Source: an uncultured Candidatus Saccharibacteria bacterium
Lineage (GTDB): Bacteria > Patescibacteriota > Dojkabacteria > J137
Assembly (NCBI GenBank): GCA_965230975.1
Contig: OZ246402.1
Coordinates: forward strand, 928,859-992,858
Length of the DNA: 64,000 bases
Direction: 5' to 3'
In this document: positions 50,521 through 60,442 of the stretch, in pieces
Layout of the letters: each line of letters opens with the position of its first letter
Position numbering within the stretch: position 1 is the stretch's first letter
Notes under the pieces: generated by a model
Told to the model about the DNA's origin: nothing
Database searches by the model: none
The model's input: only the letters and a program-made list of their open reading frames with translations
Program-made: the position numbers and the translations under genes

Positions 50521-51279
50521 ATGCAAGTAATTGAAGATCCCGCTAATGCTTTGTTGATAGCTAGTAATATCTGTGCAACTTTAAAAGAAAAAAATCTTGA
50601 CCCAAAGCTTGTAGAAACAATTGAGAATTTCATTGCTATAAATTTAAAAGACTATACATTTCTTGCAGAAATAAATTTTAATATCGAAGATACAAGTCAA
50701 AGCACTTCAGGTCAAACACCTGCTTATTTACAACCATGGGACCAACTAAGAACACAATTATTAGCTAAGATTACTTTAGATTTAGAGCTATTTAGTGATT
50801 TGGATAAACTTTTTCGATTTGTAAATATTAATAGAAGGGGAACATTAAACCACATTATTAATCTCACAGGAATTACTTTGGAAGAATTTAAAGCAAAGCC
50901 TATTATTCTAGCTTTATTTATTATCTTTCATGAAATTGGGCACTTAGTTCATCTAAGACTTTACATGATGGGCGAGGGGAAAGAACTTGCAGATCTCAAC
51001 CTAGCTGATGCAATTGGAATATATCAATGGGAATTCTATAACAAGCAACTTCAGCAGTTAGAAAGAAGTTCTACAGACGATAATATTACTAAGATTATTG
51101 GGAATTTACGCCAAGAATTTATTAAGCAGCATGGAGAAATTGTAACCGATGCAGATCAGGAGAAATTTACAAAGTTCTTAGAAACCAAGGATGTTTTTGC
51201 AACAGAAAGAGCTTTTAAAGCAATTACAGTGGAAGAAAAAGCAGATGAATTTGCAGTAAAAGCAATCAAGGATATATAA
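50521..51279 (+). CDS. putative zincin metallopeptidase-like orphan
   Basis: IFHEIGH and downstream EEKADEFA. Confidence 0.7.
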   Translation: MQVIEDPANALLIASNICATLKEKNLDPKLVETIENFIAINLKDYTFLAEINFNIEDTSQSTSGQTPAYLQPWDQLRTQLLAKITLDLELFSDLDKLFRFVNINRRGTLNHIINLTGITLEEFKAKPIILALFIIFHEIGHLVHLRLYMMGEGKELADLNLADAIGIYQWEFYNKQLQQLERSSTDDNITKIIGNLRQEFIKQHGEIVTDADQEKFTKFLETKDVFATERAFKAITVEEKADEFAVKAIKDI

Positions 51280-51308
51280 TCACAAAATCTTATTAATACT
51301 AAACACAC

Positions 51309-51683
51309 ATGCAAACTGAACTAATTCATCAAGAAATTACTTTCACAGAAAAAGAAATCACATTCATTTCCGAGGAAATGTACAGAATTCTAAATGATGG
51401 AGAAATTTTTAACCCCAATATTCAAGTACTTGATCTCTGCAAAGTCTTACGAGAAGCTGTTAGTTTAGAAGATGGCGAAATTGCTTTTAATACTATTTTA
51501 GCTGTCTTAATGAATGAAATATCTCAAGGAGATGCTGTTTCTGATTTGAACGAGGGAAAGAGAAGGTTATTATTAGGCAAACTTGCAACCATTGCTGCAC
51601 ATGACTATAAACTTAGAGGAATTATTCTAAGGCAAGGGGAAGATGTATACACAATAGATGAAATTAAAATACTAGAAAATTAA
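51309..51683 (+). CDS. hypothetical protein
   Basis: 124-aa ORF. Confidence 0.65.
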   Translation: MQTELIHQEITFTEKEITFISEEMYRILNDGEIFNPNIQVLDLCKVLREAVSLEDGEIAFNTILAVLMNEISQGDAVSDLNEGKRRLLLGKLATIAAHDYKLRGIILRQGEDVYTIDEIKILEN

Positions 51684-51739
51684 GTTTAGATCTAGGTACA
51701 AACCTAATTTAAGAATTATATTTTAATTAAATTACATAT

Positions 51740-52075
51740 ATGAATACACCAGAACAACTTCAACAAAAAGATATTTCGGAATTCGTCGAAACCTACAGAG
51801 GATATCCTTACCTTATGGACTGGGATAAGAACTTAGTTGAGGCTGCTTATGGTTTAATTTATGACGAAGATATTGTATATAAAGAGGGTCTTGCTCCAAG
51901 AAATAAACTCGAGCACTTAAATCAAAGAACATTAGAGCCAGGAAGAACAATCTGTTTAGGAAAAGTAATGAACCCAGGACTAGAAGAATATTATATAGTT
52001 CAGATTTTCGATGGATCGCCAGAACCATTAGTATTGGTGTCTGAAAGAGACCTAATTCCCGAAAAAGAAGCTTAA
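51740..52075 (+). CDS. hypothetical protein
   Basis: 111-aa ORF. Confidence 0.65.
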   Translation: MNTPEQLQQKDISEFVETYRGYPYLMDWDKNLVEAAYGLIYDEDIVYKEGLAPRNKLEHLNQRTLEPGRTICLGKVMNPGLEEYYIVQIFDGSPEPLVLVSERDLIPEKEA

Positions 52076-52134
52076 TCTTTCACAACAGCAAATACTACAG
52101 AATTTATTAAAGACAGTACTATTCCAAATAATAA
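52072..52134 (-). pseudogene. displaced alternative 3' end of the holin-family gene at 52886-53224
   Basis: encodes LLFGIVLSLINSVVFAVVKD* versus LLFGIVLSLINSVVFAVTKK*. Confidence 0.85.
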
Positions 52135-52189
52135 ATGCAATTGTTATAGACTTTCTTAGCAAATGCATTACACCTCAATTCATTCTTAT

Positions 52190-52879
52190 TCAAGATTTCA
52201 TATCTTCAGAACTAGGATCTATAAACCATAGAACTGGTTGATTTTCAATTTTTCCATCTTGTGTCAATTGAACCAAAGTATTTTGAGGTCCCGCATCAAT
52301 TTCACGTAGACCCAAGCGATATATTTGAGCTTTTAATGCAGCTAATAATTCAGATCTGTACCTAACTAAATATTTCAATTTTTCATTTTCACCAGATTTT
52401 TTGAGTTCAGATTCAATCTCAGAAAACTGCTTTGCGTTATCTATAAATTCCATCACAACACCACAAACCACTTCTCCGTCGTGATTATAAATAAATCCTC
52501 CTTTAATCCTAGGTGTTTTTACTTTGCCTGTAATTTCCGTATCAGTTATGTTGGAACAAGCTTTACTTAATACTAGCAATTGGCTTAACTCTGATGCCAA
52601 AAGTTCTCTGTGGTCTACAAATATAAATGGAGTAATCTTGGATATTTTAAAGGCATTATCACCAACTCTATAAACTTTTCCGCCACTTCCACCACCGTCT
52701 GCAACCAAGGATATTTTTTGATTCGGAATTTGATTTTGTAAACTTTGTAATAAAACTATTGCATCTGATACCCACGTTTGGTCAGAATTGATTGAATATA
52801 GAAATGTTGATTCTAAAGATAGAGGAATAGATTCTAGTGCGCTGATGGTTTCCCGAAATGGTGTTTGATTAATTGACAT
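52190..52879 (-). CDS. protein-kinase-like (APH/Kdo-type) orphan
   Basis: GGGSGGKVY, AFK, VMEFID, DAGPQNTLV, FIDP. Confidence 0.7.
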   Translation of the reverse strand: MSINQTPFRETISALESIPLSLESTFLYSINSDQTWVSDAIVLLQSLQNQIPNQKISLVADGGGSGGKVYRVGDNAFKISKITPFIFVDHRELLASELSQLLVLSKACSNITDTEITGKVKTPRIKGGFIYNHDGEVVCGVVMEFIDNAKQFSEIESELKKSGENEKLKYLVRYRSELLAALKAQIYRLGLREIDAGPQNTLVQLTQDGKIENQPVLWFIDPSSEDMKS

Positions 52880-52885
52880 ATGTTC

Positions 52886-53224
52886 CTATTTCTTTGTAAC
52901 TGCAAACACTACAGAATTTATTAAAGACAATACTATTCCAAAAAGTAGTGCAGGTATAAATCCTGTAACACTAAACCCAGGTACAATTGCATCAGTTAAT
53001 AAAACCATTGCTGCAGTAATTACCAAACTAAATAACCCTAGTGTCAAGAAAGTTATCGGTAAAGTTAATAATTTAATTACAGGTTTGACAATTGAATTTA
53101 CAATTCCTAAAACCACCGCAACAACAAATGCTGCAAAAAAGCCATCTACCGCAACACCTTGAATTAAATATGCAGCAACTAAAACAGCTAAAGTACTTAA
53201 AATTAAATTAATAATAATCTTCAT
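52886..53224 (-). CDS. phage holin family / YvlD-like 4-TM membrane protein
   Basis: LGIVNSIVKPVIKLLTLPITFLTLGLFSLVI signature. Confidence 0.9.
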   Translation of the reverse strand: MKIIINLILSTLAVLVAAYLIQGVAVDGFFAAFVVAVVLGIVNSIVKPVIKLLTLPITFLTLGLFSLVITAAMVLLTDAIVPGFSVTGFIPALLFGIVLSLINSVVFAVTKK

Positions 53225-53291
53225 AACTGTTATTTAAAATTTATTACTTAATTTTAAGGCAAATATTGATAAAATTAAATACATTTACTTT

Positions 53292-54011
53292 ATGAGTATC
53301 TACAAATCAAACAACTTCGATTTAGAATACTTCTCCTATGGAGATCTTTCTAATAGTCCTATAGTTTTAATACCACCTGGATTAGGACAAGCTTCTCATT
53401 TTGATGATCTGGTTAAGAATCTGGAAGATAAATATTTTGTTATAACAATAAATCTACCAGGGGTTGGCTTATCAGAAAGTGAGAGTGGAGAACTAAAAGA
53501 TTTAGCCCTTTACATTAGTGAACTTTTAAATAAACTTGAGATTAAGAATCCAGCTATACTTGGGGAATCTTACGGTGGGTCTTTGGCTATTGAAATTGAT
53601 AAGTTAATTAAGGTAAAAAAACTTATATTACTTGGTAGTGGAGAGTACTTTAACCCTTTAATTAGATTTATATTGAAATTATTATTCTTACCAGCTTTAA
53701 AGTCTAAAGTTTTAAGAAGGTCTTATGCCAAATTGATTAATCCTTTAGGTATTTTTAACTTTAAGGAATTTAGCGACTTACAATTACTACAAATTAATAA
53801 AAGATGGCTATCAGTTTTAAATTATAAAATTAACGAAGCTAAAAGTAATACGCCGGTTGTTTACTATCTTGCCAATAAAGACATTATAGTCAATAAATTT
53901 TCGACAAAAAAACTTAAAGAAAAGTTTGTACAATTTAAAATCTATTCTGTTAAAGGAAGTCACTTTGAATACGAAAAACGTTACTTAGAAGCTAAACTTG
54001 AACTGATATAA
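53292..54011 (+). CDS. alpha/beta-fold hydrolase
   Basis: NLPGVG, GESYGG nucleophile elbow, D and H near the C-terminus. Confidence 0.85.
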   Translation: MSIYKSNNFDLEYFSYGDLSNSPIVLIPPGLGQASHFDDLVKNLEDKYFVITINLPGVGLSESESGELKDLALYISELLNKLEIKNPAILGESYGGSLAIEIDKLIKVKKLILLGSGEYFNPLIRFILKLLFLPALKSKVLRRSYAKLINPLGIFNFKEFSDLQLLQINKRWLSVLNYKINEAKSNTPVVYYLANKDIIVNKFSTKKLKEKFVQFKIYSVKGSHFEYEKRYLEAKLELI

Positions 54012-54037
54012 TATCTAAATTTATTAAAATAGATATT

Positions 54038-54442
54038 ATGGCAATCAAAAACCCTGAATTAGTTCCATTATTCAACCAACTAAAATCCATACTTGAACCA
54101 TATGCAAAACACTTTGATGTTCTTGAATCAGAGGGAGCATATCACTTAATCTACACAGGAGAAGTTAAATTTGATAAATATGTACGGGACGAAGTTTATT
54201 TTGCATCTTTAATGATTCAAAAAAACTTTGTAGGGTTTTATTTTATGCCACAATACACTACCCAAAATGGACCGGAATATTTTGCCGGCCAAAATATGCT
54301 AAAACTTTTAAAAGGCAAATCTTGCTATAACATTACTCAAAAAGCTTACACTGAAAATACAAATGTCTTAAAAGAAGAGATTGAAACAATGCTAAAGAAA
54401 GGCTTAGAAAGTTATAAAAAGCTAGGGTGGACTAAGAATTAA
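54038..54442 (+). CDS. DUF1801-like protein
   Basis: FASLMIQKNFVGFYFMP, LKGKSC. Confidence 0.7.
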   Translation: MAIKNPELVPLFNQLKSILEPYAKHFDVLESEGAYHLIYTGEVKFDKYVRDEVYFASLMIQKNFVGFYFMPQYTTQNGPEYFAGQNMLKLLKGKSCYNITQKAYTENTNVLKEEIETMLKKGLESYKKLGWTKN

Positions 54443-54444
54443 GT

Positions 54445-55215
54445 TTATTGTTCTTGATTACCAATTAAAGAATCGATGTAGGCTTTATCTGAACTAGTAT
54501 AGTATTTAGGAAGTTTACTAAAAACATCTGCAATAATCTTTAAAAGCTCTTCGTTTGTAACTAAAACTTCTCCACTAAAACCTGGGTCTAACTGTGGAAA
54601 ATCTTGAAGTAAAGTATGCCAATAAATATTTTGCTTTAATCCTAACTTCATTTTACTAAATTCAGCTCTTAATCGAGGATTATCATTAAGCATTGCAGGG
54701 TCTAGATTGAATATGTATCTTATAATGCATTTCTTTACCGAATCATACACTCTGGGAACCAACTCTTTTTTATCTAATTCTTCTTGTTGCTTATTTGTAT
54801 TTATAACATAAGCAGGAACATAATCAACATTTTTATCTAAATTAGAATAAACAAACACCTGATGTCTTCTACCTATTCTTGAAATAACAAGCCAAAAATA
54901 CCTTGCAAATTCTAGGTCTAAATAACTTGCAAATCCCATTGAGCGGGCAATATCTTGTAAATTATGCAACTCGCAAAAATCCAAAAATTCTTTTGGGATT
55001 GGATCAATAAGATCTGATGCTAGTCTGAACTCTAATCTATAATCTACACAAATCAATAAGCCATCCTTAATAAATGCCTTGATAGCCTTAACTAATACTT
55101 TGTTTAACTTTATAAACGTAGTCTCTGTCGGGTTAAGCAAATATCTATCTTTATGATTGCTTGTATTTTGAGAATCAGGCTTTACTGAGTTTTGCTTATT
55201 AAATACCGAAGTCAA
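54445..55215 (-). CDS. hypothetical protein (orphan)
   Basis: 256-aa ORF, TTG start. Confidence 0.65.
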   Translation of the reverse strand: MTSVFNKQNSVKPDSQNTSNHKDRYLLNPTETTFIKLNKVLVKAIKAFIKDGLLICVDYRLEFRLASDLIDPIPKEFLDFCELHNLQDIARSMGFASYLDLEFARYFWLVISRIGRRHQVFVYSNLDKNVDYVPAYVINTNKQQEELDKKELVPRVYDSVKKCIIRYIFNLDPAMLNDNPRLRAEFSKMKLGLKQNIYWHTLLQDFPQLDPGFSGEVLVTNEELLKIIADVFSKLPKYYTSSDKAYIDSLIGNQEQ

Positions 55216-55276
55216 TTTGAAACTTTAAATCTTATTGTGGGATTTTAACACCTTAGAATATTTATAGACTATACTT

Positions 55277-55762
55277 TTAGTTTGTAGGTGTAGTTATTTT
55301 TTTAATATCAATCTTGGCCTCTAACTGTACCTCCATATTTTGATCCATCCACTCAATAACCTCTTTAAGATTATTTCTATGAGAATTATCAAAAACTTTT
55401 AAACTAAATTTATTTTTTAAGCCTGTTAAACCTAAGCCATAGGTAATAATTGGAGTTATTTTAGATAAGGTTGCTTTATCTTGTGGCACAATTATTGCGT
55501 AAACTCCCCATTTTACTTTTACAAAAGGATTTGAAATAAATTGCAAAATCGAGGTAAGTGGAGGGATTTGATCAACTACATAAATAATTCTAATTCTACC
55601 TTGATCATCTGCTCGTTTTTCACATTCTGCATCAAATTCTTTACCAATACTCAAAAAAAGATCTGTATTATCTGTATTAACTCTAAAAATTTGTGCATTA
55701 TGAAAGTCGTATAAAGTCTCTAAAGATTTAGATTCATCAAATTGTATTGTGTAATCATTCAT
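55277..55762 (-). CDS. hypothetical protein, SpoIIAA/STAS-SEC14-like
   Basis: C-terminal KVFD...KEVIEWM pattern; weak. Confidence 0.55.
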   Translation of the reverse strand: MNDYTIQFDESKSLETLYDFHNAQIFRVNTDNTDLFLSIGKEFDAECEKRADDQGRIRIIYVVDQIPPLTSILQFISNPFVKVKWGVYAIIVPQDKATLSKITPIITYGLGLTGLKNKFSLKVFDNSHRNNLKEVIEWMDQNMEVQLEAKIDIKKITTPTN

Positions 55763-55878
55763 AAGACCTAATTTAAAACTATAAACTTATATTGTCAATA
55801 TAATACACTGAATTTTAAAAACTAGCTTCAAAATTAAGCAGAAGTATAATAATATAGTTAATATCTATCATTATTTAT

Positions 55879-56499
55879 ATGCCTTTAACAAACGAATATA
55901 CTATAGAAAAAGCAAAAAAAACTGATGCAACCCAAGCTTCCAAACTAATGTACCTTGCATTTGATGATTTATCTCACATACTTTTTGGTACCAAAGATCT
56001 AAATAAAATTGAAAGTTATTTTGCAAAACTTTGGATACAAGATGATGATAGGCTAAGTAGCAGATACTCTCATGTTATAAGAGAAAATGGGAAAGCCATT
56101 GGTTTAATATCCTGTTCAGAAGGAGATTTAACAACTAAACTCATTTGGCCTTCTTTCATAGAATTTTTAAAGGTTGACCCAGGAATAATATTCTTTGCTC
56201 TAAAACACTTAAATTATTTATACTCCATATTCACTGTAAGAGAGGCTTTTGAAGATGAATACTACATTTTTGTTTTAGCAGTAATGCCAGAATACCAAGG
56301 CAAAGGAATTGGGGGAAAATTGATTCAATTTGCAGAAGAAACTGCAAAAAGAAAAGGATTTAAAAAAGTATCTTTGCTTGTAAATGCAAACAATTTAAAT
56401 GCAATAGAGTTTTATGAAAATCATGGATTTAAAAAAGTAGAACTCATTAGCAAAGCTCCGTTAAATAACTACCGAATGGTTAAAGAGCTCTTGGTTTAA
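55879..56499 (+). CDS. GNAT family N-acetyltransferase
   Basis: LAVMPEYQGKGIGGKL, NLNAIEFYENHGF. Confidence 0.92.
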   Translation: MPLTNEYTIEKAKKTDATQASKLMYLAFDDLSHILFGTKDLNKIESYFAKLWIQDDDRLSSRYSHVIRENGKAIGLISCSEGDLTTKLIWPSFIEFLKVDPGIIFFALKHLNYLYSIFTVREAFEDEYYIFVLAVMPEYQGKGIGGKLIQFAEETAKRKGFKKVSLLVNANNLNAIEFYENHGFKKVELISKAPLNNYRMVKELLV

Positions 56500-56698
56500 A
56501 CAATCTATTAACGAATAGCATTACCCTGTAATAATTTTAATTATCGATTTCGGGCCACCATATACCAAACCTCTATGCATTTGGTGTGTACCTTAATTCG
56601 AGATTAACTAAAAGACACTAGTTGCTAGACACCTCTCTTTTGTTGGCAAATCTATCAAAGCAGGAATATAATAACCATACATTTTTCAATATCATTCT

Positions 56699-57814
56699 AT
56701 GTTTAAATATCAACTTATTGGCTCTATTTATAGAGCTATTCTTAAGCCCATCTTCTTTAAATTTGACCCGGAATTTGTTCACGATGAAATGACAAGCAGA
56801 GGCAAATTACTTGGGTCCAATCTAGTTACAAAAAAACTAACTAGCCTTGCATTTAACTATAAAAATCCAATGTTAAAGCAAGTTGTAGATGGAGTAGAGT
56901 ATATAAATCCTGTTGGACTTTCTGCAGGTTTTGATAAAAATGCAAAGCTTACAAATATACTTGAAGACGTCAGCTTTGGATTTATGGAGATTGGTTCGGT
57001 TACCCAAAACCCGTATATCGGAAATCCAAAGCCGCGGTTATATCGGTTAAAAAAGTCTAAAGGTCTTGTTGTTTACTATGGACTTATGAACGATGGAGTA
57101 AAGAAAATTACAGAAAGAATTAAAAAATCAAAGCCAGGTAAACTGGTTTTAGGAATTTCAATAGCAAAAACTAATGCAGAATACACATCTACACAAGAGG
57201 GTGGCATTCAAGATTACTATGATTGCCTTAAATATTTAGAAGAGAATCAAATTGGTCAATATTACACAATAAATATCTCTTGCCCTAACACATTTGGAGG
57301 AGAACCTTTTACGACAAAAGAAAAGCTAGAAAAGTTACTTTCTAAACTTTCAGATGTCAAAACTACTAAGCCAGTTTATATAAAAATGCCTATTAACTTA
57401 TCCATAGAAGAGTTTGATAAACTTTTAAAAATTGCTGTAAAGTACAAAATAAATGGAGTGGTGATTGGTAATCTTACAAAAGTTAAAGATCCAAATTTAA
57501 TTAAAGATGAAATTCCACCTCATGTTAAAGGGGGCATTAGTGGCAAGCCAACAGAAATGCTTTGCAACGAATTGATTTCTTACACTTACAAAAATTATGG
57601 CAAGCAACTAATAATAATTGGAGTAGGAGGAATCTTTTCTGCAGAAGATGCATACGAGAAGATTAAAAGAGGTGCAACCTTATTGGAACTAATTACAGGC
57701 ATGATTTTTATGGGGCCACAATTAATTGGAGAAATAAACCATGGGTTAGCAGAACTCTTGAAAAAAGATGGTCATTCAAATATTTCTGAAGCAGTTGGAA
57801 GTTATTACAGGTAA
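56699..57814 (+). CDS. pyrD: quinone-dependent (class 2) dihydroorotate dehydrogenase
   Basis: NPVGLSAGFDKN, GNPKPRLYR, NISCPN, GGISG, IGVGGI. Confidence 0.92.
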   Translation: MFKYQLIGSIYRAILKPIFFKFDPEFVHDEMTSRGKLLGSNLVTKKLTSLAFNYKNPMLKQVVDGVEYINPVGLSAGFDKNAKLTNILEDVSFGFMEIGSVTQNPYIGNPKPRLYRLKKSKGLVVYYGLMNDGVKKITERIKKSKPGKLVLGISIAKTNAEYTSTQEGGIQDYYDCLKYLEENQIGQYYTINISCPNTFGGEPFTTKEKLEKLLSKLSDVKTTKPVYIKMPINLSIEEFDKLLKIAVKYKINGVVIGNLTKVKDPNLIKDEIPPHVKGGISGKPTEMLCNELISYTYKNYGKQLIIIGVGGIFSAEDAYEKIKRGATLLELITGMIFMGPQLIGEINHGLAELLKKDGHSNISEAVGSYYR

Positions 57815-58159
57815 TATTATTGATTGTATGCCTTCAACAAGGTCTTTTTTAGCATATATTTTATGGTTGTTCATCCTTTACAGCTCCTATGTATCCTACT
57901 TATGCGCATTCAATTCGTTATGACTCATGAGATCTGAAAATATTAAATATTCTTATAGTTAGCCTAATTGCTGGTACCATTTTGTTAGCTATTGATACCA
58001 AAACTAATGAATAACTTAACATTCTGGTACCAGTTGTAAAAGTAGTTCTTCGATTCAAAATAAAGAGATTTTAGATTGCCCAATAAAAGTATTTCGCTCA
58101 TAAACACTTCAATGCTAAAATCTATAGGATAAAAACTGACTAATTATTACAAAAACATA

Positions 58160-58717
58160 ATGTATCCAAACATAACCTTACAAATTAAAAATCATGTTCC
58201 ATCTTTAGTTTTACAAAAATCTAAAGATGAAAGTAGCAAAATAACCTTAGAAGATGAAAATTTATTAAATATATTTGCAAAACTTGCAAAAGACCTAAAT
58301 CTTATAGAGCAGGAAAGAGAATCAGAAGCGGCTCTCATGGAAGAGTTGTTGTCACTAGCAAGAGAATCTGACGAAACATTTATTTTAGATTACCCTGAAA
58401 TAGAAGATGAAGGTGTGGAGTTTAAATTGAGTAACGCAATTCAAAAGTTTTTAGATAAAAACACTATTAGCGATGTATATCAAGATTTAGAACTTAACCC
58501 AGAAATTCAAGCTGAATTAAATAAAAACAAGAATGCTGATACGTTTGCAAGCGCACTAGATTACCTTTATGTAACAATGGTTGCAAAAGCTTTACTTGCA
58601 GGTTCTGAAATGGGAATTGGAATTGTTAGATTAGATGATGATTCAAAAAACACAAGACTGCAAGAAAAAATGGCAATGGAGCTAGAAAGAATGGGTGTAG
58701 ATTTTATTGTAGAGTAA
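58160..58717 (+). CDS. hypothetical protein resembling a degenerate TsaD C-terminal half
   Basis: NIFAKLAKDLNL, VEFKLS, TMVAKALLAG...NTRLQEKM are colinear with TsaD motifs. Confidence 0.6.
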   Translation: MYPNITLQIKNHVPSLVLQKSKDESSKITLEDENLLNIFAKLAKDLNLIEQERESEAALMEELLSLARESDETFILDYPEIEDEGVEFKLSNAIQKFLDKNTISDVYQDLELNPEIQAELNKNKNADTFASALDYLYVTMVAKALLAGSEMGIGIVRLDDDSKNTRLQEKMAMELERMGVDFIVE

Positions 58718-58841
58718 TTTTAGAACAAATCAACATTATCCGCTCCTACTAGTTCTAACTGTTAAGGTTTTTCATACATTTATGAAAAATTTGCGCCAGA
58801 ACACATAGAAAAAACAACATATCGATTTGTATAATCTTTCC

Positions 58842-59282
58842 ATGAAAGAAAATCCCACCCTTAGAAAACATACAAATGCTAGCTATATATTCGGGCTAGC
58901 TGAGTATCAAAGTCATCGAAATAAAGTGAAGACTATTTTAAAAATTCTAAACAAACACAATTTAACTTACTTGGAATGGGTAACCCTTCATTTTGCTAAT
59001 AAAAATATGACTTATAAGGAAATGTGCGAATTGCTCGGAGTTCAAAAAAATACACTCTCAAATTATGTAAAAAAACTCGAAAAAAAAGGTTTTATTTTAA
59101 TAGATATGATTTATGAAGATGGGTATGGAAAAACTTTTTCTTTAACAAGGTTTGGAGAGATTACTTTTAAAGAAATTGAAAAAGAGATTTTCAAAATTAT
59201 GAATTACTTCATTAAAAGAGGTAGTTTTTATGGGTTCAAAGAGTATAAGACTTTTCAAGATAACTTTCTTCTAAATAAATAA
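58842..59282 (+). CDS. MarR-like winged-helix regulator
   Basis: NLTYLEW, CELLGVQKNTLSNYVKKLEKKGFI, LTRFG; TATAAT 6 nt before the ATG. Confidence 0.8.
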   Translation: MKENPTLRKHTNASYIFGLAEYQSHRNKVKTILKILNKHNLTYLEWVTLHFANKNMTYKEMCELLGVQKNTLSNYVKKLEKKGFILIDMIYEDGYGKTFSLTRFGEITFKEIEKEIFKIMNYFIKRGSFYGFKEYKTFQDNFLLNK

Positions 59283-59345
59283 TTAGCTTGTAATCACCTG
59301 CTAAAAATATCGGGTAGGTGTAGGTATATCGTTTAGAAACCTATG

Positions 59346-59380
59346 AAATTTTGGTTCGTATTACGAACGAACTGAATTTT
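59346..59380. repeat. REP-like palindrome, copy 3
   Basis: aaattttg-gttcgtattacgaacgaact-gaatttt; flanks pair with G-T wobbles. Confidence 0.85.
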
Positions 59381-59561
59381 TGGGCATTTGCGGAGGATAA
59401 CGGTAGATCCGTGCTCAAATTATTTACTAGTTAAGTTCCTAAGTAAAGAAAATTCAAGACATAGTTATTAAGATTTTAGAAGAGAAATTCGATTACAAAA
59501 GTCCGACAAAGAATTGTCCATTTAGGAATAAACTTTTTTACGAGATATTTCAGATTTATAG

Positions 59562-60248
59562 TTATCCATATTTTTCATAAAACATTTTATCGGCACCATT
59601 CTTTTTTAAAATATCTACAACATCTGCAATCATTTGGTTAGAACCGCACAAATAAAACTCTGTATCTTTAACTTCGAGGTGTTTTGAATTTATCATTCTT
59701 TGTAAAACCTCTGTAACCCTGCCTTTTTTTGCATATTTCTTTTTTGGTACTTCTCTTGTAACACACTGAATGTATTTGAAAGTATCACTAATATTTTCGG
59801 CAAAGTAATTATAGGCAATATCATTTGCATTAGTCTTTGTGCCGAATAATAGAGTGATATCAAATTTCGCTAAATCTAAAGATTTAATCATTGGAATAAA
59901 TGGAGCAACCCCTGTGCCAGTACAAATAAATACTTTTTTTGGCAAATCACTTTTTATGGAAAATATGCCATATGGGCCAAGCATAGAAACTTGATCTCCA
60001 ACTTTAGTTTTTTCAAAATATTTAGAAGCGAGTCCACCTGGGTTAACATCAATTAATAATTCCATTTTCCCATCTTTTAAATCAACAATAGAATATGCTC
60101 TAGTATAGGTAGGCTGAAAACGTATGCCAACAAATTGGCCTGGCTTAAAACTAAACTCAGCAGGGACATCATAAATTAATTTAAAATCGCTTTTTGCAAT
60201 TTGAATCTTTTCTAATAGTTTTGCTTTAAAGCTTAGTATTTTTTGCAT
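59562..60248 (-). CDS. FAD/NAD(P)-binding oxidoreductase, ferredoxin(flavodoxin)-NADP reductase-like
   Basis: RAYSI, GLAS, GPYG, TGTGVAPF, YLCG, EKY. Confidence 0.9.
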   Translation of the reverse strand: MQKILSFKAKLLEKIQIAKSDFKLIYDVPAEFSFKPGQFVGIRFQPTYTRAYSIVDLKDGKMELLIDVNPGGLASKYFEKTKVGDQVSMLGPYGIFSIKSDLPKKVFICTGTGVAPFIPMIKSLDLAKFDITLLFGTKTNANDIAYNYFAENISDTFKYIQCVTREVPKKKYAKKGRVTEVLQRMINSKHLEVKDTEFYLCGSNQMIADVVDILKKNGADKMFYEKYG

Positions 60249-60442
60249 ATTTATAATAATAGTATTTGAATCACATCATTAAGCTATTATAGGAATAATT
60301 TGAAATGGTTTCTATAGTTATAGCTACTAAAAGATCCAAATCTTACAAATTCCTTACGAGTACAAAATTTCAACTTGTTCAAAATACTTTATATGCTAAC
60401 ATAGATTTAACAAAGGAATTCAAACATTTTAAACACAAAACT

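Noticed and set aside
44770-56499. Prophage or integrative element downstream of tRNA-Ser
   Set aside because: No integrase, phage structural genes or distal att copy seen; the holin-family gene is a common chromosomal membrane protein.
56521-56580. Minus-strand peptide MHRGLVYGGPKSIIKIITG resembling a PyrD C-terminus
   Set aside because: Short, on the opposite strand upstream of pyrD, and without clear nucleotide similarity to it; likely coincidence.
34717-59380. The 20-nt repeats as a CRISPR array or LexA boxes
   Set aside because: Copies are kilobases apart with no cas genes; half-site orientation and spacing do not fit GAAC-N4-GTTC.
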